This document shows, in pieces, positions 10,561-20,364 of a stretch of DNA of 64,000 nt; the stretch's first letter is position 1; the number at the start of each line of letters is the position of its first letter. A program made the position numbers and the translations under genes. The stretch covers positions 529,901 to 593,900 of the forward strand of contig CALSPU010000001.1 of the NCBI GenBank assembly GCA_943788315.1, given 5' to 3'. The stretch comes from an uncultured Flavobacteriaceae bacterium (GTDB lineage Bacteria; Bacteroidota; Bacteroidia; Flavobacteriales; Flavobacteriaceae). Below the pieces are notes generated by a model, which was not told the DNA's origin, ran no database searches, and saw nothing but the letters and a program-made list of their open reading frames with translations.

Positions 10561-11703
10561 AATAATCTGAAATGTTGTTCCTTTATTGAGCTCAGAATTT
10601 TTTACAAGTATTTTTCCTTTATGATAATCTTCAATAATTCTTTTAGAAAGCGATAAGCCCAATCCCCAACCGCGTTTTTTACTTGTAACCCCCGGATTAA
10701 ATATTTTTTTTAACTGAGATTTTGCCATTCCCTTGCCAGTATCTGTGATGTTAATTTTTATATGTTCAGTGTCAACTGATATTGCTACAGCTAATTTTCC
10801 TTTTCCCATCATAGCATCAATAGAATTTTTAATTAAATTTTCGATAACCCAGCTGTATAACTCTTCATTTAGATTCGTGTAAATTTCTTGTTGAGAAGAT
10901 TCAAAGCTAAATGCTATTTGTTTCGAACTTCTATATTCTAAATACTCATAAGCTTTTTTAGTAGAAGCAACTACATCATATTTTTTTAGTGTTGGTAAAG
11001 AACCTATTTTAGAAAACCGATTGGCAATAGTATTCAAACGATGTACATCTTTTTCTATTTCATCAATATAGTTGTCATCTACATTTTCCATTTTCAAAAT
11101 AGCTATCCATCCTAGAAGTGAAGATAAAGGCGTGCCAATTTGATGCGCTGTTTCTTTTGCCATCCCGGTCCATAATTTATTTTGTTCCGCTATTTTATTT
11201 GAGGTAAACATCATGTAGATTAATGCTAAAAATAGGGCTAGAATCAAAATTAAAGTAAGTGGATAATAAGAAAGTTTGTTTAATAAGTCTGAATTTCTAT
11301 AATAAATATATTGTGTTCTGTTTTTTGCAAAATCTATTTCAATAGGATTATTTTGTTCTTTCATGATTTCCAGCTGTGCTTGAAGGTAAGCCGGGTCTTT
11401 CGCTTTTTCAGGATCTAGATTTAAGTAGGAATCTGATCCAATATTTCCATTTTCATCTACTAAAATCATGGGAATATTTGTGTTGCTTTTAATAATTTTA
11501 TCTTCCAAACTAACATCAGCTTCTAGATTTTGATTTTTAGCAAATTCCTTCATGGCTGTAGCAACAATCTCCATCTTTAATCGCTCTTCATTTTTAAATC
11601 GTTTAAAAAATGAATAGGTATTCCAAAGGATTAGTGAAACTATAGAAAACGAAATTAGGATAACTATTCGCTTTAGCAGTAAGGTATTTTTTAAAAAACT
11701 CAT
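10543..11703 (-). CDS. Membrane sensor histidine kinase (no response regulator adjacent)
   Basis: Two TM segments; ETAHQIGTP H-box; ENLIKNSIDA, DTGKG and GWGLGL ATPase boxes. Confidence 0.9.
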   Translation of the reverse strand: MSFLKNTLLLKRIVILISFSIVSLILWNTYSFFKRFKNEERLKMEIVATAMKEFAKNQNLEADVSLEDKIIKSNTNIPMILVDENGNIGSDSYLNLDPEKAKDPAYLQAQLEIMKEQNNPIEIDFAKNRTQYIYYRNSDLLNKLSYYPLTLILILALFLALIYMMFTSNKIAEQNKLWTGMAKETAHQIGTPLSSLLGWIAILKMENVDDNYIDEIEKDVHRLNTIANRFSKIGSLPTLKKYDVVASTKKAYEYLEYRSSKQIAFSFESSQQEIYTNLNEELYSWVIENLIKNSIDAMMGKGKLAVAISVDTEHIKINITDTGKGMAKSQLKKIFNPGVTSKKRGWGLGLSLSKRIIEDYHKGKILVKNSELNKGTTFQIILAKIT

Positions 11704-11777
11704 CAAACAAATATACTAGATTCAAAAGTATAACTCATTTATAAAATTGATAGTATATTTACCTTAAAAAATAGTAC

Positions 11778-12638
11778 ATGTTTTCCATTACACCTAAAGA
11801 TATACCAACAAGTAAGCTACACGGTTACTTGCTAGGTGCTGTAGCACCAAGACCTATAGCTTTTGCAAGTACAATTGATGAAAATGGAAATCCAAACTTG
11901 TCTCCATTTAGTTTTTTTAACGTGTTTGGCTCAAATCCTCCTATGATGATTTTTTCACCTGCCAGAAGAGTTCGTGGAAACACAACAAAACATACGCTTC
12001 AGAATGTCGAAAAAGTTAAAGAGGTAGTTATAAATGTTGTAAATTATGATATTGTTCAACAAATGTCATTGAGTAGTTCAGAGTATCCAGAGGGTGTAAA
12101 TGAATTTGAAAAAGCAGGTTTTACGATGCTTGCATCCGATGAAATTAAACCATTTAGGGTAGCAGAATCTCCAATTCAATTTGAATGTAAGGTAACGGAT
12201 ATAATTTACACAGGAGATGAAGGTGGTGCTGGGAATTTGATTGTATGTGAAGTAATTAAAATTCATATTAATGAGTCAGTTTTAGATGCAAATGGAATGA
12301 TTGATCAGCATAAAATTGATTTAGTCGCAAGAGCAGGAGGGAGCTATTATTCTAGAGCTCGAGATGGTTTTTTTGAAATTCCAAAACCAGTTTCTACATT
12401 AGGGATAGGTATAGATCAAATTCCTTCAGCTATTAAAAATAGTACTGTTTTAACAGGAAATAATTTAGGGATGCTTGGGAATATAACATTGTTGCCAACT
12501 GATCAAGATGTTGATAACTTTGCAAAAGAACATCCCCAGTTTATTGGTTTAGAAATGGTAAAAAAACATACATTTGCTCAAGAGTATTTAGAAAATAACG
12601 ATACTGAAAGTGCTTGGAAAGTACTTTTATTAAAATAA
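11778..12638 (+). CDS. Flavin reductase family protein (DIM6/NTAB-like)
   Basis: APRPIA, NLSPFSFFN, ESPIQFEC. Confidence 0.85.
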   Translation: MFSITPKDIPTSKLHGYLLGAVAPRPIAFASTIDENGNPNLSPFSFFNVFGSNPPMMIFSPARRVRGNTTKHTLQNVEKVKEVVINVVNYDIVQQMSLSSSEYPEGVNEFEKAGFTMLASDEIKPFRVAESPIQFECKVTDIIYTGDEGGAGNLIVCEVIKIHINESVLDANGMIDQHKIDLVARAGGSYYSRARDGFFEIPKPVSTLGIGIDQIPSAIKNSTVLTGNNLGMLGNITLLPTDQDVDNFAKEHPQFIGLEMVKKHTFAQEYLENNDTESAWKVLLLK

Positions 12639-12643
12639 GAATT

Positions 12644-13009
12644 ATGGAAGTTATAGGTAAAGTTAAATTAATTGGAGAAGTTCAAACTTTTGGAAGTAAT
12701 GGCTTCAGAAAAAGAGAAGTAGTAGTTACAACAGATGAGCAATATCCTCAAATGATTATGATTGAGTTTGTTCAAGATAAATGTGATTTATTAAACAATT
12801 ACTCTGTGGGTCAGGATGTAAAAGTTTCAATCAACTTAAGAGGTAGAGAATGGATTAATCCTCAAGGAGAAGCAAAGTATTTTAACTCTGTTCAAGGATG
12901 GAGAATAGAGAGTTTAGCTCAAGCAGCTCCTTCTCAAGCGCCTCCAGCAGAACAATTTCAACCTGCTCCAGACTTATCAAGTGACGAGCCAGATGATTTA
13001 CCATTTTAA
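12644..13009 (+). CDS. DUF3127-like OB-fold protein with SSB-like C-terminal tail
   Basis: Start MEVIGK; GREW...YFNSVQGW; ends DEPDDLPF. Confidence 0.85.
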   Translation: MEVIGKVKLIGEVQTFGSNGFRKREVVVTTDEQYPQMIMIEFVQDKCDLLNNYSVGQDVKVSINLRGREWINPQGEAKYFNSVQGWRIESLAQAAPSQAPPAEQFQPAPDLSSDEPDDLPF

Positions 13010-13010
13010 A

Positions 13011-13058
13011 AGTAATAAAAAAAAGCCTCGCAGAATGCGAGGCTTTTTTTTATTACTT
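13011..13058. terminator. Bidirectional intrinsic terminator
   Basis: A-run-GCCTCGCA-GAA-TGCGAGGC-T-run between convergent genes. Confidence 0.9.
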
Positions 13059-13067
13059 AAGAAGTAA

Positions 13068-15575
13068 TTATTTAGGATCTAATGCCTTATTTATTCGTGC
13101 AATAGCGTCTTGTAAGTGATATCTACTAGTTGTATTTGGAGCCTTAGAAGTAGCTGATCTAACGTCGCGTTTTATTCTATTTAATTCTCCTCTTACCATC
13201 GCTTTAATATCTGATTGACCAATATTTACCGCACTTTGTTTAAAGTATCCACTATTTGTTCCTCTTTGATTTTTTGCAGTGTTTAACAAGTAATCTAAAC
13301 GATTAATATGTGCTCTTTGCAAGTTTCTTTTGTAAGTGTCTATTCTTTTACCATTGTACAATTCTGACCAAACTCCTCTTCTTAAATCTGAAAACATTGA
13401 GACTAAAGTGTAAGCATTAGAACCATTCATTGTTTGGTTTTCTATCATACGAGCCATTCTCCCTGAATCTAGAATATTATTTAAAGTTCTTGTTTGAACA
13501 TTTCCAATTTTTTCAATTGCTCCAGAAAATTGAGTCTTAGAGTAGATGTTATTATCAATCATCCATGTTGGAGTAGAAAAAAGCTCTTTGTTGATAAACT
13601 GTAACGCATTTTTCTGATGTGATTTGGCTACGTGAGAATAAACAGCTCCTTCTTGATTTGAAGTTTTGTAATATTCGTAAACACCACCAATATTAGCAGT
13701 AACATGCCCCATATATCTATTAAATTGACTTAAAACTTGACCGTACATGGTAGCCATTTCATCATAGTTTTCACCATCTTTAGTTGTCCACTTTTCTATA
13801 TTAGGTAATATTCTTTGTAAATTTTTGATACCGTATGCACTTGCTTTTATAGCGTCATCCCCAAGATCTTCAGTTTGTGAACTTGGATCTACAACACCTC
13901 CAGCTTGTTGATGCCCAAATCGATACATTGGGTTATCTGCTCTGTCTAAAATCCACTTGTTTAGTGTTTCTTTTTCACCTTTAGCAGTTTTATCTAATAT
14001 TGGACGATATCCCCATTCTATTGCATGCTTGTCATAGGGTCCAATATCAGGCATTAAAGCAACCCCTTTATCTTCTGGTTGTGCTATGTAGTTAAAACGA
14101 GCATAGTCCATAATTGAAGGAGCTGTTCCAAACTTCTTAGTAAAAGAAGCAGATCTTAATGAATCTACAGGGTATGCTGCACTAGAACCCATATTGTGAG
14201 GTAGCCCTAATGTATGTCCAACTTCATGTGAAGAAACAAAACGAATTAAACGTCCCATTACTTCGTCTTTAAATTCAATAGTTTGAGCTTCAGGGTTTAT
14301 CGCTGCTGTTTGGATAAAAAACCAATTACGCAACAAACTCATTACATTATGATACCAATTAATATCAGATTCTAGAATTTCTCCCGAACGCGGGTCACTA
14401 ACATGAGGGCCATTTGCATTAGGTATTGGTGATGCTAAATAACGAACCACAGAATATCGTACATCCTCAGGAGACCAATCTGGGTCTTCTTCTTTACTAG
14501 GAGGGTCTTTTGCTATAATTGCATTTTTAAAGCCAGCAGCTTCAAAAGCCACTTGCCAATCTTCAATTCCTTGTTTAATATATGGTCTCCAAACTTCAGG
14601 TGTCGCTCTATCTACATAATAAACTATTTGTTTTTTTGGTTCTACTAATTCACCAGCTTTAAATTTATCTAGATCTTCGTCCTTTACTTCTAATCTCCAT
14701 CTATCTAGGTAGGTAACAGTCTTGCTTCTTTGATCTTCGAGGCCGTAATCAACTTGTCCTCGAGCAAACCATCCAACTCTTTCGTCAAAATAACGGCGCT
14801 TCATAGGTACTTTTGGAAGTAAAATCATAGAGTTACTCATCTCAACAGAAATAGAACCAACACTTCCATTGGATGGAGGTTTACCTGCAAAATAAGTTTT
14901 CACATGCCTAACTTCTATATTTTCAGGATAACTACTTACCCTATCTATGTAAGAACGTGTTTTATCCATTCTTGATATTTTATATCTAGAACGATAAAAC
15001 TGTGGAAATCCAAGAGGTTTTACATCGGTAGAAAATAAAGAAGTAGCATCAATAACAACCGCAGTAGTGTCTTTATTAAAAGCCTTTATCGGAAATGAAA
15101 ATAGAACAGGCTCAAAGTTAGAGTTTACGACAGCTTCATGAACTGGTAGAATAGTATCTGCAACAACATTGTGAGACACAACCCTAAGGAGAATCTTTTT
15201 CCCTTTTCTTTGCCAACGTAATACCTGTGTGTTTGTTTTTCCTCCTCCAAAACCTATTCCATTGGCAGTTTTAGCAATTCTAGTAACCATCAACATTTCT
15301 CTGTTAAATAGGGTGTCTGGAACTTCAAAAAGATATGTATCATCAGCAGAATGAACCTTAAATAAGCCTTCATCAGTTTTCATTTCTTTGGTTACCACTT
15401 TTCCATAGGGAAGAATAGCACCTTTTTTTGGTTTTGGTTTCGGTTTTGGTTTTTGAATTTCGGTAGTTTTCTTCTTCTTTCGTTTTTTTATTCTTCCAGT
15501 CTGTGCATCAACGGTTGATGTAATTCCCAAAAGGAAAAAAACTATAAAGATTTTTGTAAGTAATTTGTGTAGCAT
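13068..15575 (-). CDS. Exported zinc metalloprotease (metzincin; DUF5117/DUF5118/DUF4953-like)
   Basis: Signal peptide; HEVGHTLGLPH; Met-turn SIMDY. Confidence 0.85.
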   Translation of the reverse strand: MLHKLLTKIFIVFFLLGITSTVDAQTGRIKKRKKKKTTEIQKPKPKPKPKKGAILPYGKVVTKEMKTDEGLFKVHSADDTYLFEVPDTLFNREMLMVTRIAKTANGIGFGGGKTNTQVLRWQRKGKKILLRVVSHNVVADTILPVHEAVVNSNFEPVLFSFPIKAFNKDTTAVVIDATSLFSTDVKPLGFPQFYRSRYKISRMDKTRSYIDRVSSYPENIEVRHVKTYFAGKPPSNGSVGSISVEMSNSMILLPKVPMKRRYFDERVGWFARGQVDYGLEDQRSKTVTYLDRWRLEVKDEDLDKFKAGELVEPKKQIVYYVDRATPEVWRPYIKQGIEDWQVAFEAAGFKNAIIAKDPPSKEEDPDWSPEDVRYSVVRYLASPIPNANGPHVSDPRSGEILESDINWYHNVMSLLRNWFFIQTAAINPEAQTIEFKDEVMGRLIRFVSSHEVGHTLGLPHNMGSSAAYPVDSLRSASFTKKFGTAPSIMDYARFNYIAQPEDKGVALMPDIGPYDKHAIEWGYRPILDKTAKGEKETLNKWILDRADNPMYRFGHQQAGGVVDPSSQTEDLGDDAIKASAYGIKNLQRILPNIEKWTTKDGENYDEMATMYGQVLSQFNRYMGHVTANIGGVYEYYKTSNQEGAVYSHVAKSHQKNALQFINKELFSTPTWMIDNNIYSKTQFSGAIEKIGNVQTRTLNNILDSGRMARMIENQTMNGSNAYTLVSMFSDLRRGVWSELYNGKRIDTYKRNLQRAHINRLDYLLNTAKNQRGTNSGYFKQSAVNIGQSDIKAMVRGELNRIKRDVRSATSKAPNTTSRYHLQDAIARINKALDPK

Positions 15576-15632
15576 TTTAATCTGTTTAAATTAATTATGA
15601 ATTGATTTTTTATTATTTATATAATTTTTAGA

Positions 15633-17825
15633 CTAAATATTTAGCCAGTAGGTAAATTTTAAATTTAATGATCTAAATCTAGGGCTAAAGACAGTTGTTG
15701 CGTAATTGTCATTGTATACAAGGAATAAATCAGATAACGGGGCAACTCTCCATTGAAATCTTGTATTAATACTAAGATTTTCTCTTTGTGTACTGTATTG
15801 GAAAAAGGTAGACCAAAACATATTTTTACTGAAAGTGACATCTAATCTTGGTCCAATTAACCAAATTGAAGCATCTGGATATGGGTCGGGTAAATCTATT
15901 TTATCGTAATTCATCTGAATAGAACCAGAAAAATAAGGTTGTAATCTCAATGAAAGAGAAGTTTCTAAAGAATACTTATTCCCATTATAAAATTGACCTA
16001 TTGATGGGTTAATTCTATAAAATACTTTTTTACGTTGGTCAGATCTATAACTTACTTCAAAACTTGTGTAATAATAATTTTGATCTGCAGGTAAAGGAAC
16101 TGCGTTGTCTGTTCTTGTAGGATCAAATTCGTTATATAATTTTACGTATCTATTGAACATTTCTAGACGGAGTTGAGAACTGTTTTGAAAATTTGCTTCC
16201 CAAGTGCTAATAATTGTATAATCAGAATTTTCATAGTCTAATTCTGGACGCCAAATAGAAATGGGCATAACTGAAAAAGAATGACGTTGAATTCTTCCAT
16301 TCTTAGGCCAAAATTTTAATTCAATTTGTGGATTTATTTTGAGAATATCAGTTCTTCTAATAAAGCCTAGATCTGATCTAAAATCATCAGCTATAAAAAC
16401 TCCACTAAGTCGAACATTTAAAAATCTATTGTTAAATTGGGTTCTAAAACCAGCTGAAAAATCATTAGAGCTTATTCCTGGAGAAAATGATTTATGAAAG
16501 AAATATTTACCACTCCAAGTATTGTCTTTAGAGGCCAGGCTATAATCTATGCCTAAAACCCTATTGTAGGTATCTTCTTCGTTAACAAAATCGTAGTCTT
16601 TGGTTGCTTGCTTGTTGATGAAAAGTACACTAATATTAGACCTACTAAATACTTTATGTTGAAGAGAAATCACTGAATTATTTACTGTAGGAATTTCATT
16701 GGCAATATCTTCATCGGTTTGCATGCTTAAAATACCAAGGCGTAAATTATTATTCACTTTTCCACTTAATCTTACACCTGCAATAATTCTATTTTCGATA
16801 CTTTCGCCATCGATGTTTCTTGCGATCCCAATTCGTCTAGAAAAAAAAGGATTTGAATCTCTACCATCTCCAAAGCTGCCAAACAAATCACTATTTTCAA
16901 TAAAAAACTGTCTTCTCTCTGGTAATCCAACTTCAAATCGTGTTAAATTTGTTACCTGCTGATCTACTTCTACTTGCGAGAAATCTGGGTTTAATGTAAG
17001 ATCTAAATTCATGCTATTAGCAATCGTTAACTTCGCATCGCCTCCAATTTTAAAACTACTGGTATTTTCGTTATTCTCAAAATCTTTTGAAGTAATTGTA
17101 TTCACAAAAGGAATGATAGAAACAGGAGACTTAGACTTACCTAAAGGTCGGTCAAAAATAAGGTCACCCATAAAAGCTAGGTTGTAAATATTTTGATTTT
17201 GAGGGATATTTATCCAAGTATTTCTTTCATTGTCCTGTGTGTCAAAGTGATAGCTATTAAATCGCCATTTCGTTTCTCCTTCTTTATATTTAAAAGCAGA
17301 CAGAGGAATTTTCCATTCTAAGATATAATGATTATCATGAATTACAGATTCTCCTACCCACTTGGTATCCCAAGCACTATTAAAACCTTGTCTTTCATTC
17401 CCACCTCCGGAGAGTAATATCTCTCTTCGAACCCCGTATGGGTTTGAGCCAAAGACAAACGCATTGGTTCCGTCATTAAAAGTATCGAAGAGGAGCGTTA
17501 CACTGTCATTAGCGCCACCTCTAAAATCTCTACGTAAGGAAGGAATGATATAATCTTTTCCTTTGGCATATACTTTTATTCCAACATATAAATTTCTGTC
17601 GCTAAACATAAACTTAATTTCAACCTGTCTTTTAGCCTGTGCTGTGTCTGTTGGGAAATACTGATAAAAATTAGTAGCTGGTGCTACTGTTTCCCATGAA
17701 GTTTCATCTAAAACACCATCAATTTTAATTTCATCGTCGGTGTATTTTGCAAGTACAGACTTGTTTGAGGTTTGTGAAAAAACACAAAAACACACAAAAA
17801 AAATAGGAATAAAAATATTTTTCAT
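15633..17825 (-). CDS. DUF5916-like outer-membrane protein with N-terminal CBM9-like domain
   Basis: Signal peptide; IDGVLDE..W; NPDFSQVE and PERRQFFIE; C-terminal strand KFTYWLNI. Confidence 0.8.
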   Translation of the reverse strand: MKNIFIPIFFVCFCVFSQTSNKSVLAKYTDDEIKIDGVLDETSWETVAPATNFYQYFPTDTAQAKRQVEIKFMFSDRNLYVGIKVYAKGKDYIIPSLRRDFRGGANDSVTLLFDTFNDGTNAFVFGSNPYGVRREILLSGGGNERQGFNSAWDTKWVGESVIHDNHYILEWKIPLSAFKYKEGETKWRFNSYHFDTQDNERNTWINIPQNQNIYNLAFMGDLIFDRPLGKSKSPVSIIPFVNTITSKDFENNENTSSFKIGGDAKLTIANSMNLDLTLNPDFSQVEVDQQVTNLTRFEVGLPERRQFFIENSDLFGSFGDGRDSNPFFSRRIGIARNIDGESIENRIIAGVRLSGKVNNNLRLGILSMQTDEDIANEIPTVNNSVISLQHKVFSRSNISVLFINKQATKDYDFVNEEDTYNRVLGIDYSLASKDNTWSGKYFFHKSFSPGISSNDFSAGFRTQFNNRFLNVRLSGVFIADDFRSDLGFIRRTDILKINPQIELKFWPKNGRIQRHSFSVMPISIWRPELDYENSDYTIISTWEANFQNSSQLRLEMFNRYVKLYNEFDPTRTDNAVPLPADQNYYYTSFEVSYRSDQRKKVFYRINPSIGQFYNGNKYSLETSLSLRLQPYFSGSIQMNYDKIDLPDPYPDASIWLIGPRLDVTFSKNMFWSTFFQYSTQRENLSINTRFQWRVAPLSDLFLVYNDNYATTVFSPRFRSLNLKFTYWLNI

Positions 17826-18030
17826 TACATAAAATTTTCTATATTTTTCTTCTGTTTTTTTAATCTTATAAAACGGTTGAAATTATAACTAAACTAAAAT
17901 TTATAATCATAAATATTAGTTAAATTTATTATTTTAATAAAAAAAGATTGATACTTAGCTTTTCATTTAACAAATTATCAATATTTGAAAAGAAAATTGT
18001 GTTAATTGCTAAAAATTTTTTTAAAAAAAT

Positions 18031-19674
18031 TTAAAAAGAGAGAACAATATTGGCAGTTAGTCCTGTACTTTCAGGAACAAATCTACAAACTCCTCCAATG
18101 CAAATAAGCCCACCGCGTTGCCTTCCATAATTTAATGCAAATCTTTTAGCACCTTTAGTATAACTGCTTCCAAAATTATAGTAATGAATTCTTTTTGTTT
18201 TATTATCATTACCATAGTTGTAGATATCATTCACATATACAGCAAATCTAGAATTAAGATTAAATTCTAAAGTTCCACCAGCCCAATTTTTTTTATCATC
18301 TTTAGACCATAAGTGTTGTGCTTCAAATCGCAACGATTTTCCAGCGCCCAGTTTATAAGTTGATTCACTGACAAAAATATCTGTTTTTACGTTTCCAAAA
18401 GTTTCTTCTACATACCTTTTGTTATAATATTGGTTTACATAGTAAAACACTGAACTCCATTCACTAGACCATTTTTTGCGTATTTCTAAACTGATATCAG
18501 AGAAATATTTTTCTCCAAAACTTAATAAATCAGAATCATACTCGAAATTTAAATAGTCATATTCTCCACTTAATCCAGCCCAATAAGACATATTTAAGGC
18601 AATCTTTGTGCCGTATTTCCCTCCTAAGGAAGTTTTCTTTTTAAGTGTGTAAAATAAGTCAACTTGGCCACCAATTTCCCCTATTTTTAACAGTTCAAAA
18701 TCTTGAAAAGAAATTTGAGGTTGCGCTTGATATACATAGATGTTAGTAAGCAGGTAGTCGTGTTGCTTTGTTAAGGCAGGAATGTAGTTAATGATGTTTT
18801 CGTTATAAATGTTTCCGGTAGCGCTTCTCTGAGAATAGAAAGTCATGTTTTCAATTCTTCTAAAGTTGGCATTTATTCCAAAACCTTTTTTCCCATATCC
18901 AACATCAAAAAGAAATGCACTGCCAGGTTTTGCGTTTCTAATTTCATTAAAGATAATTACAGCATCGTCACTTTTAGAAACAAACTCTGCACTAGAATAG
19001 AAGTTATTTTTTGAAAAATCTAACCTACTAGAGAATGCGTTTGTAAGATCATTAAAATTAAAATCTGTGGTATTTTTTTCTTCTTTTCTCCCCACATAAC
19101 TTAGCCCTAGATCTAAGTTCCAAGAGTTCGCTTTCAGTATAGAAGAGATATTTACTTCTGAATTAAAACCATAAATATTTGCATCTGAAACATCAAAACC
19201 ACTCCTCTGATTTCCATATAAAGCCGATAAGGTTATATTTTCTGTTGGGAAAAATTTAATTCTTCCCCCTCTTAATGCGTTGTTAATTCCTAATTGACGA
19301 TCTTCCCAAGAGCGAAGAATTAACCCACTACCATATTGTTCGTAAAAATATCCTGCTGTAGCCTCAATTTTTTTTGATGCATACTTAGCGTAGTATAGGG
19401 CAATATTTGTGGTGTTAAAATCTGGGGAATAATTTAATAAACTCATAGGCTCATAGCCTTCTACTTGAATACCAAAAGAAAATTTTGAAATAGAATAATC
19501 AACTTTTAAATAGTTGTTGGACCTAAATCTATTTGGTTCTGTGAAGTCTCCTGTTTTTTTATCATCTATGTAGTACTGCGAATTAGATTCAAAACCAACC
19601 ACTATATTATCATTTTCTTGAGCTATTATTGCAATTGTAAAAAACAACAATTGTAAGACTATTATTTTTTTCAT
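18031..19674 (-). CDS. DUF6029-like outer-membrane beta-barrel with C-terminal Cys pair
   Basis: Signal peptide; YEQYGSGLILRSWEDRQLG; GRQRGGLICIGGVCR; terminal Phe. Confidence 0.8.
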   Translation of the reverse strand: MKKIIVLQLLFFTIAIIAQENDNIVVGFESNSQYYIDDKKTGDFTEPNRFRSNNYLKVDYSISKFSFGIQVEGYEPMSLLNYSPDFNTTNIALYYAKYASKKIEATAGYFYEQYGSGLILRSWEDRQLGINNALRGGRIKFFPTENITLSALYGNQRSGFDVSDANIYGFNSEVNISSILKANSWNLDLGLSYVGRKEEKNTTDFNFNDLTNAFSSRLDFSKNNFYSSAEFVSKSDDAVIIFNEIRNAKPGSAFLFDVGYGKKGFGINANFRRIENMTFYSQRSATGNIYNENIINYIPALTKQHDYLLTNIYVYQAQPQISFQDFELLKIGEIGGQVDLFYTLKKKTSLGGKYGTKIALNMSYWAGLSGEYDYLNFEYDSDLLSFGEKYFSDISLEIRKKWSSEWSSVFYYVNQYYNKRYVEETFGNVKTDIFVSESTYKLGAGKSLRFEAQHLWSKDDKKNWAGGTLEFNLNSRFAVYVNDIYNYGNDNKTKRIHYYNFGSSYTKGAKRFALNYGRQRGGLICIGGVCRFVPESTGLTANIVLSF

Positions 19675-19696
19675 TTTTTTAAATCTAGATTAGAGA

Positions 19697-20179
19697 TTAA
19701 TTTTTATGTTTTTGTATTATTTCGAAAAGCTCGTCTTCAACTCCTGGAGTATATCCAGAATGGATGTAAATAATTTTAGAACCCTTCAGAATAAAAGTTT
19801 GAGGGATGGTAGAGATATTTAGGGCTCTTTTTAATTCTTGATTTTTGTCTAGTAGAATTTTATAAGGCCAGCTTTTACCGCTAATCATAGGTCTAATTCT
19901 TTTTTGAGTTCTTGAGTCATCTGTAGAAATTGCTATCAATTCCATATTGGTGCTTTCTTGCCAATCATCATAAACTTCACTTATGGCATCTAATTCATTG
20001 ATACAAGGTACACACCATGTTGCCCAAAAACTTAAAACTGTAATTTTATCATTTGAAATCTCATCTTGAATGTTAACAAATTTCCCATCTAGTGTTCTTA
20101 GTGTGCTGTTAGGGATTTTTTTTTGGCTAAAAGCGACGGTAGAAAAAATAAGACAACATAAAAATAAGGATTGTTTCAT
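19697..20179 (-). CDS. Exported TlpA-family thiol-disulfide oxidoreductase
   Basis: Signal peptide; FWATWCVPC; IP cis-Pro loop. Confidence 0.9.
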   Translation of the reverse strand: MKQSLFLCCLIFSTVAFSQKKIPNSTLRTLDGKFVNIQDEISNDKITVLSFWATWCVPCINELDAISEVYDDWQESTNMELIAISTDDSRTQKRIRPMISGKSWPYKILLDKNQELKRALNISTIPQTFILKGSKIIYIHSGYTPGVEDELFEIIQKHKN

Positions 20180-20364
20180 AGCGTAATTTAAAAGATCAAT
20201 AATAAGGTAAATTTATAAAAATAGTTTTTAGTATTGTTGATTTATATTCTTAATTTTCAAGGAATTAAAGTTGCAATACGCCATTAATAAAAAGCTCAAT
20301 AATGCACTGACGGTTGATTTTTTTTTTGTTAATTTATGCTCACAAAAAATTTACGCTATTTATT

